Shown piece by piece: positions 36,105-47,850 of a DNA stretch of 64,000 nucleotides; the first letter of the stretch is position 1, and each line of letters begins with the position of its first letter. The position numbers and the translations under genes are program-made. The DNA lies in NCBI RefSeq assembly GCF_020745735.1, contig NC_083418.1:62203776-62267775 (forward strand), in the 5' to 3' direction. The notes beneath the pieces were generated by a model, which was not told the DNA's origin, did no database searches, and saw nothing but the letters and a program-made list of their open reading frames with translations. The stretch comes from Hemiscyllium ocellatum (taxonomy: Eukaryota).

Positions 36105-38366
36105 TATAGAGGGAACAGAGGGGTCCAGTGACCATAACTCTATTAGTTTTAAAATAGTGATGGAAAAGGATAGGCCAGACCTAAAAGTTGAAGTTCAAAA
36201 TTGGACGAAGGCTAATTTTGACAGTATGAGGCAAGAGCTTTCAAAAGCTGGCTGGGGGTAGATATTCACAGGTAAAGGGGTGGCTGGAAAATGGGAAGCC
36301 TTCAGAAATGAGATAATGAGAGTCCAGAGACAGTGTATTCCTGTCAGGTGAAAGGAAAGGCAGGTAGGTGCTGGATGAACGAAAGAAGTTGAGGGTTTGG
36401 TTCAGAAAAAGAAGGAAGCATATGTCAGGTATAGACAGGATAGATTGAATGAATCCTGAGAAACGTATAAAGGCTGTGGGGGTATACTTAAGAGAGAAAT
36501 CAGGAGGGCACAAAGGGGACATGAGATAGTTTTGGTAAATAGAGTTAAGGAGAATCCAAAGATTTTTTTTACAAATACATTAAGGACAAAGGGTAACTAG
36601 GGAGAGAATAGGGCCCTCAAAGGTCAGCAAGGAAGCCTTTTTGTGGAGCCACAGCATTAGGAGAGATACTAAATGACTATTTTGCATCAGTATTTACTGT
36701 GGAAAAGGACATGGAAGATATAGAATGTAGGGAAATAGATGGTGACATCCTGAAAAATGTTCATATTACAGAGGAGAAAGTGCTGGATGTCTTGAAACAC
36801 ATAAAAGTGGATAAATACTCAGGACCTGAACAGGTATACCCAAAAACTCTGTGGGAAGCTAGGGAAGTGATTACTGGGCCTCTTGCTGAGATATTTGTAC
36901 CATCAATAATCACAGGTGAGGTGCCGGAAGACTGGAGGTTGGTTAACATGGTTAACACTGTTTAAGAAAAGTGGTAAGGACAAGGCAGGGAACTATAGAA
37001 CACTGAACCTGACATCAGCAGTGGGCAATTTGTTGGAGAGAATCCTGAGGGACAGGATGTAAGTGTATTTGGAAAGGCAAGGAATAATTAGGGATAGTCA
37101 ACATGGCTTTATGCATGGGAAGTCATGTCTCACAAACTTGACTGAGTTATTTGAAGAAGTAACAAAGAGGATTGATGAGGGCAGAGCAGTAGATGTGATC
37201 TATATGGATTTCAGTAAGGTGTTTGACAAGGTTTGCATGGGAGACTGGTTAGCAAGGTTAGGTCTCATGGAGTACAGGGAGAACTAGCTATTTGGATACA
37301 GAACTGGCTGAAAAGTAGAAGACAGAGGGTGGTGGTGGAGACTGGAGGCCTGTGACTGGTGGAGTGCCACAAGGATCAGTGCTGGGTCCTCTGCTTTTCA
37401 TCATTTATATAAATGATTTGTATGTGAGCATAAGAGGTATGGTTAATAAGTTTGAAGATGGCACTGAAATTGGAGGTGTAATGGACAGCAAATAAGGTTG
37501 CCTAAGATTACAACAGGATCTTGATCAGATGGGCCAATGGGCTGAGAAGTGGAAGATGGTGTTTAATTCAGATAAATGCGAGGTGCTGCACTTTTCGAAA
37601 GCAAATCTTAGCAGGACTTAAACATTTGATGGTAAGGTCCTAGGGAGTGTGCTGAACTAAGAGACCTTGGAGTGCAGGTTCATAGCTCCTTGAAAGTGGA
37701 GTCACAGGTAGATAGGATTGTGAAGAAGGCGTTTGGTATGCTTTCCTTTATTGGTCAGAATATTGTGTACAGGGGTTGGGAGGTCATATTGCGGCTATAC
37801 AGGGCATTGGTTGAGCCACTGTTGGGAATATTGCATGCAATTCTGGTCTCCTTCCTATTGGAAAGATGTTGTGAAACTTGAAAGGGTTCAGAAAAGATTT
37901 ACAAGAATGTTGCCAGGGTTGGAGGATTTGAACTATAGGGAGAGGTTAAATAGGCTGGCGCTGTTTTCCCTGGAGTGTCGGAGGCTGAGGGGTGACCTTA
38001 TAGAGGTTTATAAAATCGTGATGGCCATGGATAGGATAACTAGACAAAGTCTTTACCCAGATGAGGGGAAGTCCAGAACTAGAGGGCATAGGTTTAGGGT
38101 GAGAGGGGAAAGATATAAAAGAGACCTAAAAGGCCACATTTTCACACAGAGGGTGGTACGTGTATGGAATGAGCTGCCAAAGGAAGTGGTGGAGGGTAGT
38201 ACAATTGCAACATTTAAAAGGCATCTGGATGGGTATATGAATAATAAGTATTTGGAGGGATATGGGCCAGGTGCTGGCAGATGGGACGAGATTGGGTTAG
38301 GATAGCTGGTCGGCATGGACCAGTTAGACCGAAGGGTCTGTTTCCATGCTGTATATCTCTATGACT
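36105..38366 (+). mobile_element. CR1-type LINE, about 2.3 kb 5'-truncated copy with a disrupted RT
   Basis: ORF pieces read SQHGFMHGKSCLTNL...VDVIYMDFSKVFDKV and QFWSPSYWKDVVKLERVQKRFTRMLPGL, and the copy ends in a CTCTATGACT tail. Confidence 0.9.
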
Positions 38367-38850
38367 TTAAAGGTTTGCTCCTGCTCTTAGATCGTATATA
38401 GCAGAAGCTGGGTCTTTGTTCAAGATTGATTTGGATAGACTTTTCATAGAGAAGGGACTCAAAGGTATTAAATACAGATATAAAATAAACCTGAGACCAC
38501 AACCATGTGAGCCATGACATTGTTGAAGGATGGAACAGGCCTGAACGTTGAAATTAGCTCCCACCCCCCCCAAAACTAGTAAAACTTAAAAATGATCCAT
38601 ACTGCTCCAATTGCTTTGTATATTTTCGAACAATGCTCCAATATGACTTAGTACGTTAACTTCTATGTCTTTCTTTTTAAAACACTCTTTCTATTGGACT
38701 GCTCCTGTTTCCAACCTCATATTCCAAGCTATTTTGCTGACTGTGCGCTAAAATATTGTAATATTAGTGTGATCAACTATTTGGGAGCGCTGCATCATCT
38801 GATTGTTCAATATTCACCGAAATCTTAATCTCACACCCTCCTCTTGATTC

Positions 38851-39010
38851 CGGAATCAATATTCAGAGGCTCTATTTCCTCGGGGGTGTCATGTCCAGTG
38901 GGACCGGCCGACAGGATTTGTGGGATCTGTAGTTCACATTACGCCAACTAAGACTACATGTCCCAGCATTCCCCGTCCCTTCGACGTTGCTTGGCGACAT
39001 GGGCAAACAG
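38851..39010 (+). promoter_or_regulatory. Candidate bidirectional IFTAP/NWC promoter and non-coding exon 1
   Basis: 10 CpG in 38851-39034. Divergent ZNF143/SBS motifs lie at 38921-38933 (- strand ACTACAGATCCCA) and 38953-38971 (+ strand ACTACATGTCCCAGCATTC). An RFX X-box lies at 38986-38998 and a CAG|GTAAG donor at 39010/39011. Confidence 0.75.
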
Positions 39011-39182
39011 GTAAGAGCCTTGGAAAATGCTGCGAAACCCACTGAAATTATAACAACAAGCTGCATCTAACAACTGCCTGAATCCTCCTCATGAATAAAC
39101 AACACTCAATACAAATGGTTGTAGTCATGGTGGGGGAGATCATCCACAGTGAGGAGTGGAGGAGCCTGTCTACATTGTATCT

Positions 39183-40845
39183 GTGGGTATTGGGGGGAAG
39201 GGGAGTAGCATTGGGGGAGGGGGTGTGGGTATTGGGGGAGGGGGGAGTGGGGTTAGGTGGGTGGTGTGGGTATTGGGGGAGGGGGGAGTGGGGTTAGGTG
39301 GGTGGTGTGGGTATTGGGGGAGGGGGGAGTGGGGTTACGTGGGTGGTGTGGGTATAGGGGAGGGGGAGTGGTGTTAGGTGGGTGGTGTGGGTATTAGGGT
39401 GAGGGGGTATGGGGTTAAGTGGGTGGTGTGGGCATTGGGGGAGGGGGGAGTGGGGTTAGGTGGGTGGTGTGGGTATTGGGGGAAGGAGAGTGGGGTTACG
39501 TGGGTGGTGTGGGTTTTTGGGGTGAGGAGATGTGTTGTTGGGTGGTTGGGGTGAGTGGGTGTGGGGTTAGGTGGATGGTGTGGGCATTGGGGGAGGGGGG
39601 AGGGGGGAGTGGGGTTAGGTGGATGGTGTGGGCATTGGGGGAGGGGGGAGTGGGGTTAGGTGGATGGTGTGGGCATTGGGGGAGGGGGGAGTGGGGTTAG
39701 GTGGATGGTGTGGGCATTGGGGGAGGGGGGAGTGGGGTTAGGTGGGTATTGGGGGGAGGGGAGTGGGATTAGGTGGATGTGTGGGTATTGGGGGGAGGGG
39801 AGTGGGATTAGGTGGATGTGTGGGTATTGGTGGGAGCGGTAGTGGGGTTAGGTGGGTGGTGTGGGTATTAGGCTGAGGGGGAGTGGGGTTACTTGTTGGT
39901 ATGTGTTTTTGGGGTGAGGGGGTGTGGTGTTAGGTGCGTGGTGTGGGTATTGGGGGAGGGGGGAGTGTGGTTAGGTGGGTGGTGTGGGTATTGGGGTGAG
40001 GGGGTTATGCGGTTAGGTGGGTGGTGTTGGGTTTTGGGGTGAGTGGGTGTGTGGTTAGGTGGGTGGTATGTGTTCTGGGGTGAGGGGGTGTGGTGTTGGG
40101 TGGTGTGGGTATTGGGGTGAGGGGGTGTGGGGTTAGGTGGGTGGTGTGGGTATTGGGGTGAGGGGGTGTGGGGTTAGGTGGGTGGTGTGGGTATTGGGGT
40201 GAGGGGGTGTGGGGTTAGGTGGGTGGTGTGGGTATTGGGGAGGGGGAGTGGGGTTAGGTGAGTGGTGTGGGTATTTGGGTGATGGGGTGTGGGTTTAGGT
40301 GGGTAGTGTAGGTATTGGGGTGAGGGGTGTGGGGTTAGCTGGGTGGTTTGGGGTTTTGGGGTGAGGTGTGTGCGGTTAAGTCAGTGGTGTGGGGTTTTGG
40401 GTTGTGGGGGTGTGGGGTTAGGTGGTTGGTATGGGTATTGGGGGAGGGGGTTTGGGGTCAGGTGGATGGTGTGGGTATTGGGGCAGGGGATATGGGGTTA
40501 GGTGGGTGTTGTGTGTATTGGGGAGGGGGAGTGGGGTAAGGTGGGTGGTGTGAGGTTTTGGGGGGAGGGAGTGTGCGGTTAGGTGGGTGTTGTGGAGTTA
40601 GGTGGGTGGTGTAGGGTTTTGGGGGGAAGGGGGTGTGGGGTTAGGTGGGTGATATGGGTATTGGGGCAGGGGATGTGGGGTTCGGTGGTTGGTGTGGGTA
40701 TTGGGGCAGAGGATATGGGGTTAGGTGGGTGTTGTGGGTATTGGGGAGGGGGGAGTGGGGTAAGTTGGATGGTGTGGGGTTAGGTGGTTGGTGTGGGTAT
40801 TGGGGCAGGGGGTGTGTGGTTAGGTGGGTGGTGTGGGTATTAGGA
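39183..40845. repeat. G-rich tandem array with a ~40-41 bp unit, about 40 diverged copies
   Basis: The unit is approximately GGGGTTAGGTGGGTGGTGTGGGTATTGGGGGAGGGGGGAGT, with extreme G skew on the + strand. Confidence 0.95.
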
Positions 40846-41429
40846 TCAGGGATTGTGAGGGGCATAAGATGTGAGGGTTAGGGGAGGGCATGTGGTGGTT
40901 CAAAGGAGCTTCGGATGGGAGCGGGTGAGGGTTGGAGGTGAGGGTGTGATATCTCTACACTGGGGAAATGGGGATGGTTTGTCCACACTATCTGCATGTG
41001 TGTTTATGTATAAATGGTCTCTGTGTAGAAATGGTGGTGTGGTCTGTCTACAGTATTGGGGGGAATATCAGTCCACTAGTGAGCTTTAAATGGTCACTAT
41101 CATCTAGGAATCACAGGAGAATTATGATATATACTGAACAGAAGGAAGTTCTATAGAAATTGTGCCTGTTGTGCTTTTCTGAAAGTTCTGTTCAGTTTCA
41201 GTTCTTGGTTGTTTATGATTTTATTTCTTTCAACACTCCAACAAACTATATTGCAGATTAATTTCCTGGGAGAGCAGAAGGCTATGAAAAGAAAGGCAAT
41301 CCTAAATTGTCTTACAGTGACATTAAGGATGAATTGATAACAAGAGAAAGAGTCCGTTAACGACCACAGTAGTATTTTTGTATGTTGTCCCAGAGGGTGT
41401 TGTGAATAGATACATTGTGTCAGTGAGAG

Positions 41430-42167
41430 GGTCAACATGAAATCATGGAGAAGCTCTGTGATACAATTAAATGAATCAACACAGACAGAGAGGAGGTCCT
41501 TAGTGATCTGGCAGGCTGAAAAGAAGATAAATCTCTGGAACTAAATGAACTATTTCTGAGTTTATTGAGTGAGGCAACAGTAGAAGTAGCACTGATGTTT
41601 GCAAACGTTTTCAAATCGTCTCTGGCAACAGGAGAGGTGCTGGAGGACTGAAGAACTGACGGTGTGGTACTGTTCTTCAGGAAGGAGCAAGGGATCAACT
41701 AGGAAACTACAGGCTAATTGGACTAACATTGCTGGTGGGGAAATTATTGGAAACAATACTGAGGATGTTGCTGGAAAAGCTGGGACTTTTTTCCCTGTAG
41801 CATAGGAAGTTGAGAATCAATTTGATAGAAGTTTATAAAATAGTGAGAGGTTATAGATAGAGTTAATGGTGGTTGACTTTTCCCTAGGTTGGGGATTTCA
41901 AGACTCGGGGACACGGTTTTAAAGTTAGACGTGAAAAGACACATGGCAATTTTTTTTTACACAGGGTGGTTCGCGTGTGGAATTAATGTCCTGAGAAAGT
42001 GGTGGAGATGGGTACGATTGCAATGTTTAAAAGACGTTTGGGTAGATACTTGAATAGGAAAGATTTGGAAGGATATGGGCCAGGAGCTGGCAGATGGGAT
42101 TATGTTTGGTTAGGACTGAATTGGATTGAATGGTCTATTTCTGTGCTGTATGATTCTATGACTCTCT
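41430..42167 (+). mobile_element. CR1-type LINE fragments with an internal deletion
   Basis: GGCAACAGGAGAGGTGCTGGAGGACTG followed by the 3' end GGAATTAATGTCCTGAGAAAGTGG...GATTCTATGACTCT. Confidence 0.7.
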
Positions 42168-43698
42168 AATGTCTGATTTACTTCCCTTTTAACCATTTAA
42201 AATCATTACCTCGTCATTGTTCTGACAGACCCTCCATTTTTCTGGGTTAAATTTCACCAACATTGATTCATTCTGTTTACTAACCTGTCTTTGTCTCCTA
42301 AATTCATACAAACCATTCAAAAGCTAACCAGGCTTTCTATTGTAATGTCTGTAAATTGATATTATGTTGCTAAATAATGTCTGTATTACATATTATAGGC
42401 CAGTGCAAAGTGTTCTAAAGTCCTCGAACATTAATATGATTTTAATACCATTTACCTTAATCTTATAATCAGAAGCCTCTTGTGTAATGGCATACGAAAT
42501 TGATTTTGAGAATCCACTTGTCCTGCAATTCCTGTCACTATACACTTCATTATTTCCTCAAGCACTTGATGCAGTTTGTCAGCTATGACTAGATTTCTCT
42601 CTCTGTGATGATGTTAATTTGGTCTGGTTTCATGGCAGGTAGAAACCTACCCCATCTACATGTGAATTATGTGGGAAAGAAAGATTTATATTTATCTAAT
42701 TTGTACATTTACAACATTCTACAAAGAAGTTTTGTTATGAGCATTTTGTTTTCTCTTTGAATTCCAGTGCTCCTGTTTTTCAGTTTGTTTCATGTGGAGG
42801 CCCCAGAAAGCAAATTTTATAAAAATAAGTTTCTTATGAAGCGACTGTAAGATTTCTGCTGAATTGCAGATCATTGCAACATGGCCTGAGAGGTAATTGT
42901 TGCAAAAAGAAATGGTGTTAACCACTGTGCCACCTGGACTGCTGAGTAATCTAGTTTTCGTCCTTTTGTTCGTGTTGAAACCATTCTGTTTAAGAAACCA
43001 ACATTGTGGCACCTGTTCTTATAATTTGTGCAATAAATCTGACAATGCTGTGTTATCATTTCTAAAGCTGATTTGAGAATTGCTTTTTAATATGAAATTT
43101 AGATCGCAATTTTTCCAGTTTCACACAGTATTTCTACTGAACAATAGTCTGCAGATTAAACTATTGGAATTTGGCCTTCTATAGTAACTAATCACTCTCA
43201 AGGTGGTCACTCTTAGCCCTGAGAAGGTCCAATTCACCTCAGATTACCCTGCAGCTCCTCTGCAGTAATAACGGGGGTGTTTGCCATTAAAGCGATGCCG
43301 CTGTCAAGCCAAAAAGACGTTTGTCGATCACACAAATGAATAATGTGGTATATGCATTTCCTTGCTTGTGTGTTGCCAGGTATGTGGATTGAAAATCCCA
43401 AAGATGAGTGGGTCGAATCAAACAGCGTGTCTCTGGCTGCTCGCAATAAGATACTGATTGTCCACAGCCAGCCTGTACTTGCAAAGCCCACAGCAGTGTC
43501 TAAGATTAGATGCAATTCTAAAATTCAATACTTGCTTGGTAATCCTGCATGTGCAACAGATTATGCTGACAGTATAAAATTTATGATAGTACAGTATGGC
43601 ACACTTGTATGTACTGAAAGGTACATATAATATTACACAAGGTCCTGTTCTTTGCAGATAGAAAGAACATGTATATACACTGTATCTGTTTCAGCCAT

Positions 43699-46520
43699 TT
43701 AGAGTCATAGAGATGTACAGCATGGAAACAGACCCTTCAGTCTAACTCATCCATGTCGACCAGATATCTGAAATAAATCTAGTCCCACTTGCCAGCATTT
43801 GGCCCATATCTCTCTCAACTCTTCCATTTCATATATTCATCCAGTTGCCTTTTAAATGTTATAATTGTACCATCCTCCATCACTTCCTCTGGCAGCTCAT
43901 TCCATACGTGCATCACCCTCTCTGTGAAAAAGTTGCCTTTAGGTCCCTTTTAAATCTTTCCCCTCTCACCTTAAATGTGTGCCCTCTAGTTTTGGACTTC
44001 TCCACCCTGGGGAAAAGACCTTGTCTATTTACGCTATCCGTGCTACTCGTGATTCTTATAAACATCTATAAGGTCACCCTCCGCCTCTGACGCTCGAGGG
44101 AAAACAGCCCCAGCCTATTCCGCCTCTCTATCCAACATCCTTGTAAATCTGTTCTGAACCCTTTCAAGTTTCACAATATCCTTTCCATAGCAGGGAGACC
44201 AGAATTACATGCAGTTAGGCCAAAAGTGGCCTAACCAAAGTCCTTTACAGCTGCATCATAACCTCCCAACTCTTATACTCAATGCACTGACCAATAAAGA
44301 CAAGCATACCAAATGCCGCCTTTGCTATCTTAGCTACCTGTGACTTCACTTTCAAGAAACTACGAACCTGCAATCTAAGATCTCTTTGTTTGGCAGCACT
44401 CCCCAGCACCTTACCATTAACTCCTGCCCTGATTTGCCTTTCTAAAATGCAGCACCTCACACGGCACGGTGGCACAGTGGTTAGCACTGCTGCCTCACAG
44501 CGCCAGAGACCTGGGTTCAATTCCTGCCTCAGGTGACTGACTGTGTGAAGTTTGCGCATTCTCCCTGTGTCTGCGTGGGTTTCCTCTGGGTGCTCTGCTT
44601 TCTTCCCACAGTCCAAAAATGGGCAGGTTAGGTGAATTGGCCATGCTAAATTGTCCATAGTGTTAGGTGAAGGGGTAAATGTAGGGGAATGGGTCTGGGT
44701 GGGTTGCGCTTTGGCGGGTCAGTGTGGACTTGTTGGGCCAAAGGGCCTGTTTCCACACTGTATGTAATCTAATCTAAATTCCATCTGCTACACCTTGGTC
44801 CAATGGCTCATCTGATTAAGATCCTAGTGTACTGTGAGGTAGCCTTTTTTTGCTGTCCACGAATCTCCAATTTTCGTGTCATTTGCAAACTTATTAACCA
44901 TACCTCCAAATCATTTATATGAATGATAAAAAGCAGCGGACCCAGCACTGATCCTTGTGGCACACCACTAAACACAGGCCTCCAGTTTGAAAAGTAACCC
45001 TCCACCATCACCTTCTGGCCAGTTCTCCCTGTATTCCATATAATCTAGCCTTGCTAACCAGCCTGCTACGATGAACCTTGTCGAATGCCTTACTAAAGTC
45101 CATATAAATCATGTCCACTGCTCTACCCTCATCAATCTTCTTTGTTACTCGAAAAAACTAATTTTGTGAGACATGATTTCCCACCCATAAAGCTATGTTG
45201 ACTATCCCTAAACAGTCCTTGCCTTTCCAAATACATGTGAATCCTGTCCCTCCGGATTCTCTCCAACAACCCTGCCACTATTGATGTCAGGCTTACTGCT
45301 CTATAGTTCCCTTGCTTTTCCTTACCACCCTTTTTTAAAATAGTGGCATCATGTAACCAACCTCCAGTCTTCTGGCATCTCACCTGTGGCTATTGATGAT
45401 ATAAGTATCTCAGGAAGGGGCCCAGCAATCACTTTTCTCACTTCCCATGGAGTTCTAGGATACACCTGATGAGGTCCCTGGGATTTATCTACCTTTATGC
45501 ATTTTAAGCTGTCCAGCACTACCTCCTTTGTGATGTGGACATTTTTCAAGATATCACTATTTATTTCCCACATTCTATATCTTTCATATCCTTCTCCATA
45601 GTAAACACTGATGCAAAATACTCATTTAGTATCTTCCCCGTTTCCTGCAGTTTCACACATAAGTGGCCTTGCTGATCTTTATGGGGCCCTATTCTTTCAC
45701 TAGTTACCCTTTTGTCCTTAATGTATTTGTAGAATCCCTTTGGATTCTCCTTCATCCTATTTGCCAAAGTTATCTCATGTCCCCATTTTGCCTCCCTGAT
45801 TTCTCTCCTACTGCCTTTATACTGGATTCACTTGATTTTTGTTGACTATACTTGACATCTGCTTCCTTCTTTTTCTCTACCAAAACCTCAATTTTTTGAG
45901 TCATTCAGCATTCCCTACAACTCTTAGCATTTCACCCTAACAGGAACATACTCTCTCTGGACTTTATCTTATTTTTGACGGCTAGCCATTTTCCAGCTGT
46001 CCCTTTACCTGCAAACAATCATCCCCAATCGACTTTTGAAAGTGCTTGCCTAATACTGTCAAAATTGGCCATCCTCCAGTTTAGAACTTTAATTTTTAGA
46101 TCCGGCCTAAACTTTTCCATCACTAGAATTATGGTCACTGGTCTGGAAGTGCTTCCCTAATGACATCTCAGTCACCTGCCTCCCTTGTTTTCCCAGAGGA
46201 GGTCAAGTTTTGCTCCTTCTCTAATAGGTACAGCCACAAACTGAATCAGAAAACTTTCTTGTACATGCTTAGTAAATTCCTCTTTATCCAAGCTCTTAAT
46301 ACTATTGGCAGTCCCAGTCTACGCCTGGTAAGTTAAACTCTCCCACCATAACTACCCAATTATTCTTACAGATAACAGATCTCTTGACAAATTTGTTTCT
46401 CAATTTCGCTCTGACTATTGGGGAGCCTATAGTACAATACCAATAAGGTGATCATCCCGTTCTTATTTCTCAATTACGCCCAAATAACTTCCCTGGACAT
46501 ATTCCCAGGAATTTCCTCTC
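43699..46520 (-). mobile_element. CR1-type LINE, about 2.5 kb, interrupted by an HE1 SINE
   Basis: Minus-strand ORF pieces read [35 protein letters not shown] and RMKENPKGFYKYIK, with the 3' tail at 43699. Confidence 0.88.
44461..44777 (+). mobile_element. HE1-type SINE nested in CR1, well preserved
   Basis: GGCACGGTGGCACAGTGGTTAGCACTGCTGCCTCACAGCGCCAG...GGTTCAATTCC, ending in an (AATCT)n tail. Confidence 0.9.
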
Positions 46521-46523
46521 TAC

Positions 46524-46750
46524 TTAGAGTCATAGAGATGCACAGCATGGAAACAGACCATTCGGTCCAACTTGTCCATGCCAACCGGATATCCCAACCC
46601 AATCTAGTCCCACCTGCCATCACTCAGTCCATGTCCCTCAAAACCTATCCTATTTATATCCCCTTCCAGACGCCTTTTAAATCTTGCAATCGTACTAGCC
46701 TCTACCACTTCCTTTGGCAGCTCATTACTAATATACATACCACCCTCTGC
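46524..46750 (-). mobile_element. CR1-type LINE 3' end
   Basis: TTAGAGTCATAGAGATGCACAGCATGGAAACAGACC matches the tail seen at 16076 and 43699. Confidence 0.75.
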
Positions 46751-47850
46751 TCTGACGCTGCAGTTGATTAATTTATCAGGGCATTGTCCTGACCAATCAA
46801 AGTCAACCTGCGTGGTTTGAAATTTAACTAAATCTGTCTGTTAACTGTCAATTCGTATCAATGGGTGCACTATCAATGACAGCATCTCTACCAATCAGAG
46901 TCCACTAGTCAATCAATTAGCAATTTGCTCTTCTGCAGCATAAATGTTGGTTTTGCCTTTTAATTGGCATTCTTGCAAAATGTCCTGATGACTGTAAGTC
47001 CAGAAGCTTTGACCAAATGTGGTCTTTTTCAACAATAGCAAAAATATGCTAATTTTTAATAAGTGCATAAGAAATAGGAGCAGAAATTGGCCTTCTAGCT
47101 GTTCAAGCTTGCTTTGTCATTAGATAAGACCTACTTCAACATCATTTTCCTGCACTGTTCCCATATCCTTTCTACGTTGAAATCAATTGATTGGGGTTTT
47201 AAATATACTCAGCATCTGATCATCCACAGCCCTCTGGGACTGAGAATTCCAAAGGTTCCTCTGAGTGAAGAAATTCTTCTTTTCAGTCCTGACTGCCCTG
47301 TTCCTTATAGAGCGATAGAGTCCTACAGTATGGAGACAGGCTCTTTGGCCCAAACTGGGCCATGCTGACCAAAAGTTCTCAGGCTGTGCCCCTGATTTTA
47401 GACTTCCTAGCAAGAGAAACATCCTACTTCATCTACCTTGTCAATCCCTGTAAAATGTTTGAATGAGATCACCTCTCATTCCTCTAATTTCCAGAAAATA
47501 AAGTCTGAGAATATTTACTCTTTCCTCCTAAGACAATCTCTGCCTTCAGCAGTTAGTTTGAATCTTTGCTGTACTTGTTTTTCATATTAATGTTGAAGAA
47601 CAACTGACAAGGTATTCGATAGGGTTTCTTTTTTACAGACATGAAGGGTAAAAAAGGCGCTATGGCATTTATTTTTATTTGCCATATCTTCGTTAGACTA
47701 ACGGTCTTGGCTCAGCCAGGCTGTAATTCTGGGAACATCGGAGCAGGATGAAACCATTCAACCATCTGAACCTGCACAGCCTCTTAATGAAAAAAATTAT
47801 TGTGATCTCAACTCTACTTTCATGTCTGACTCCTGTACCTTATATATATG

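Noticed and set aside
39183-40845. Interstitial telomere interpretation of GGGTTAGG in the array
   Set aside because: The unit has GGGGTTAGGT, not tandem TTAGGG, so it lacks the TRF/POT1 binding sequence. The glycine-rich ORFs there are repeat artefacts.
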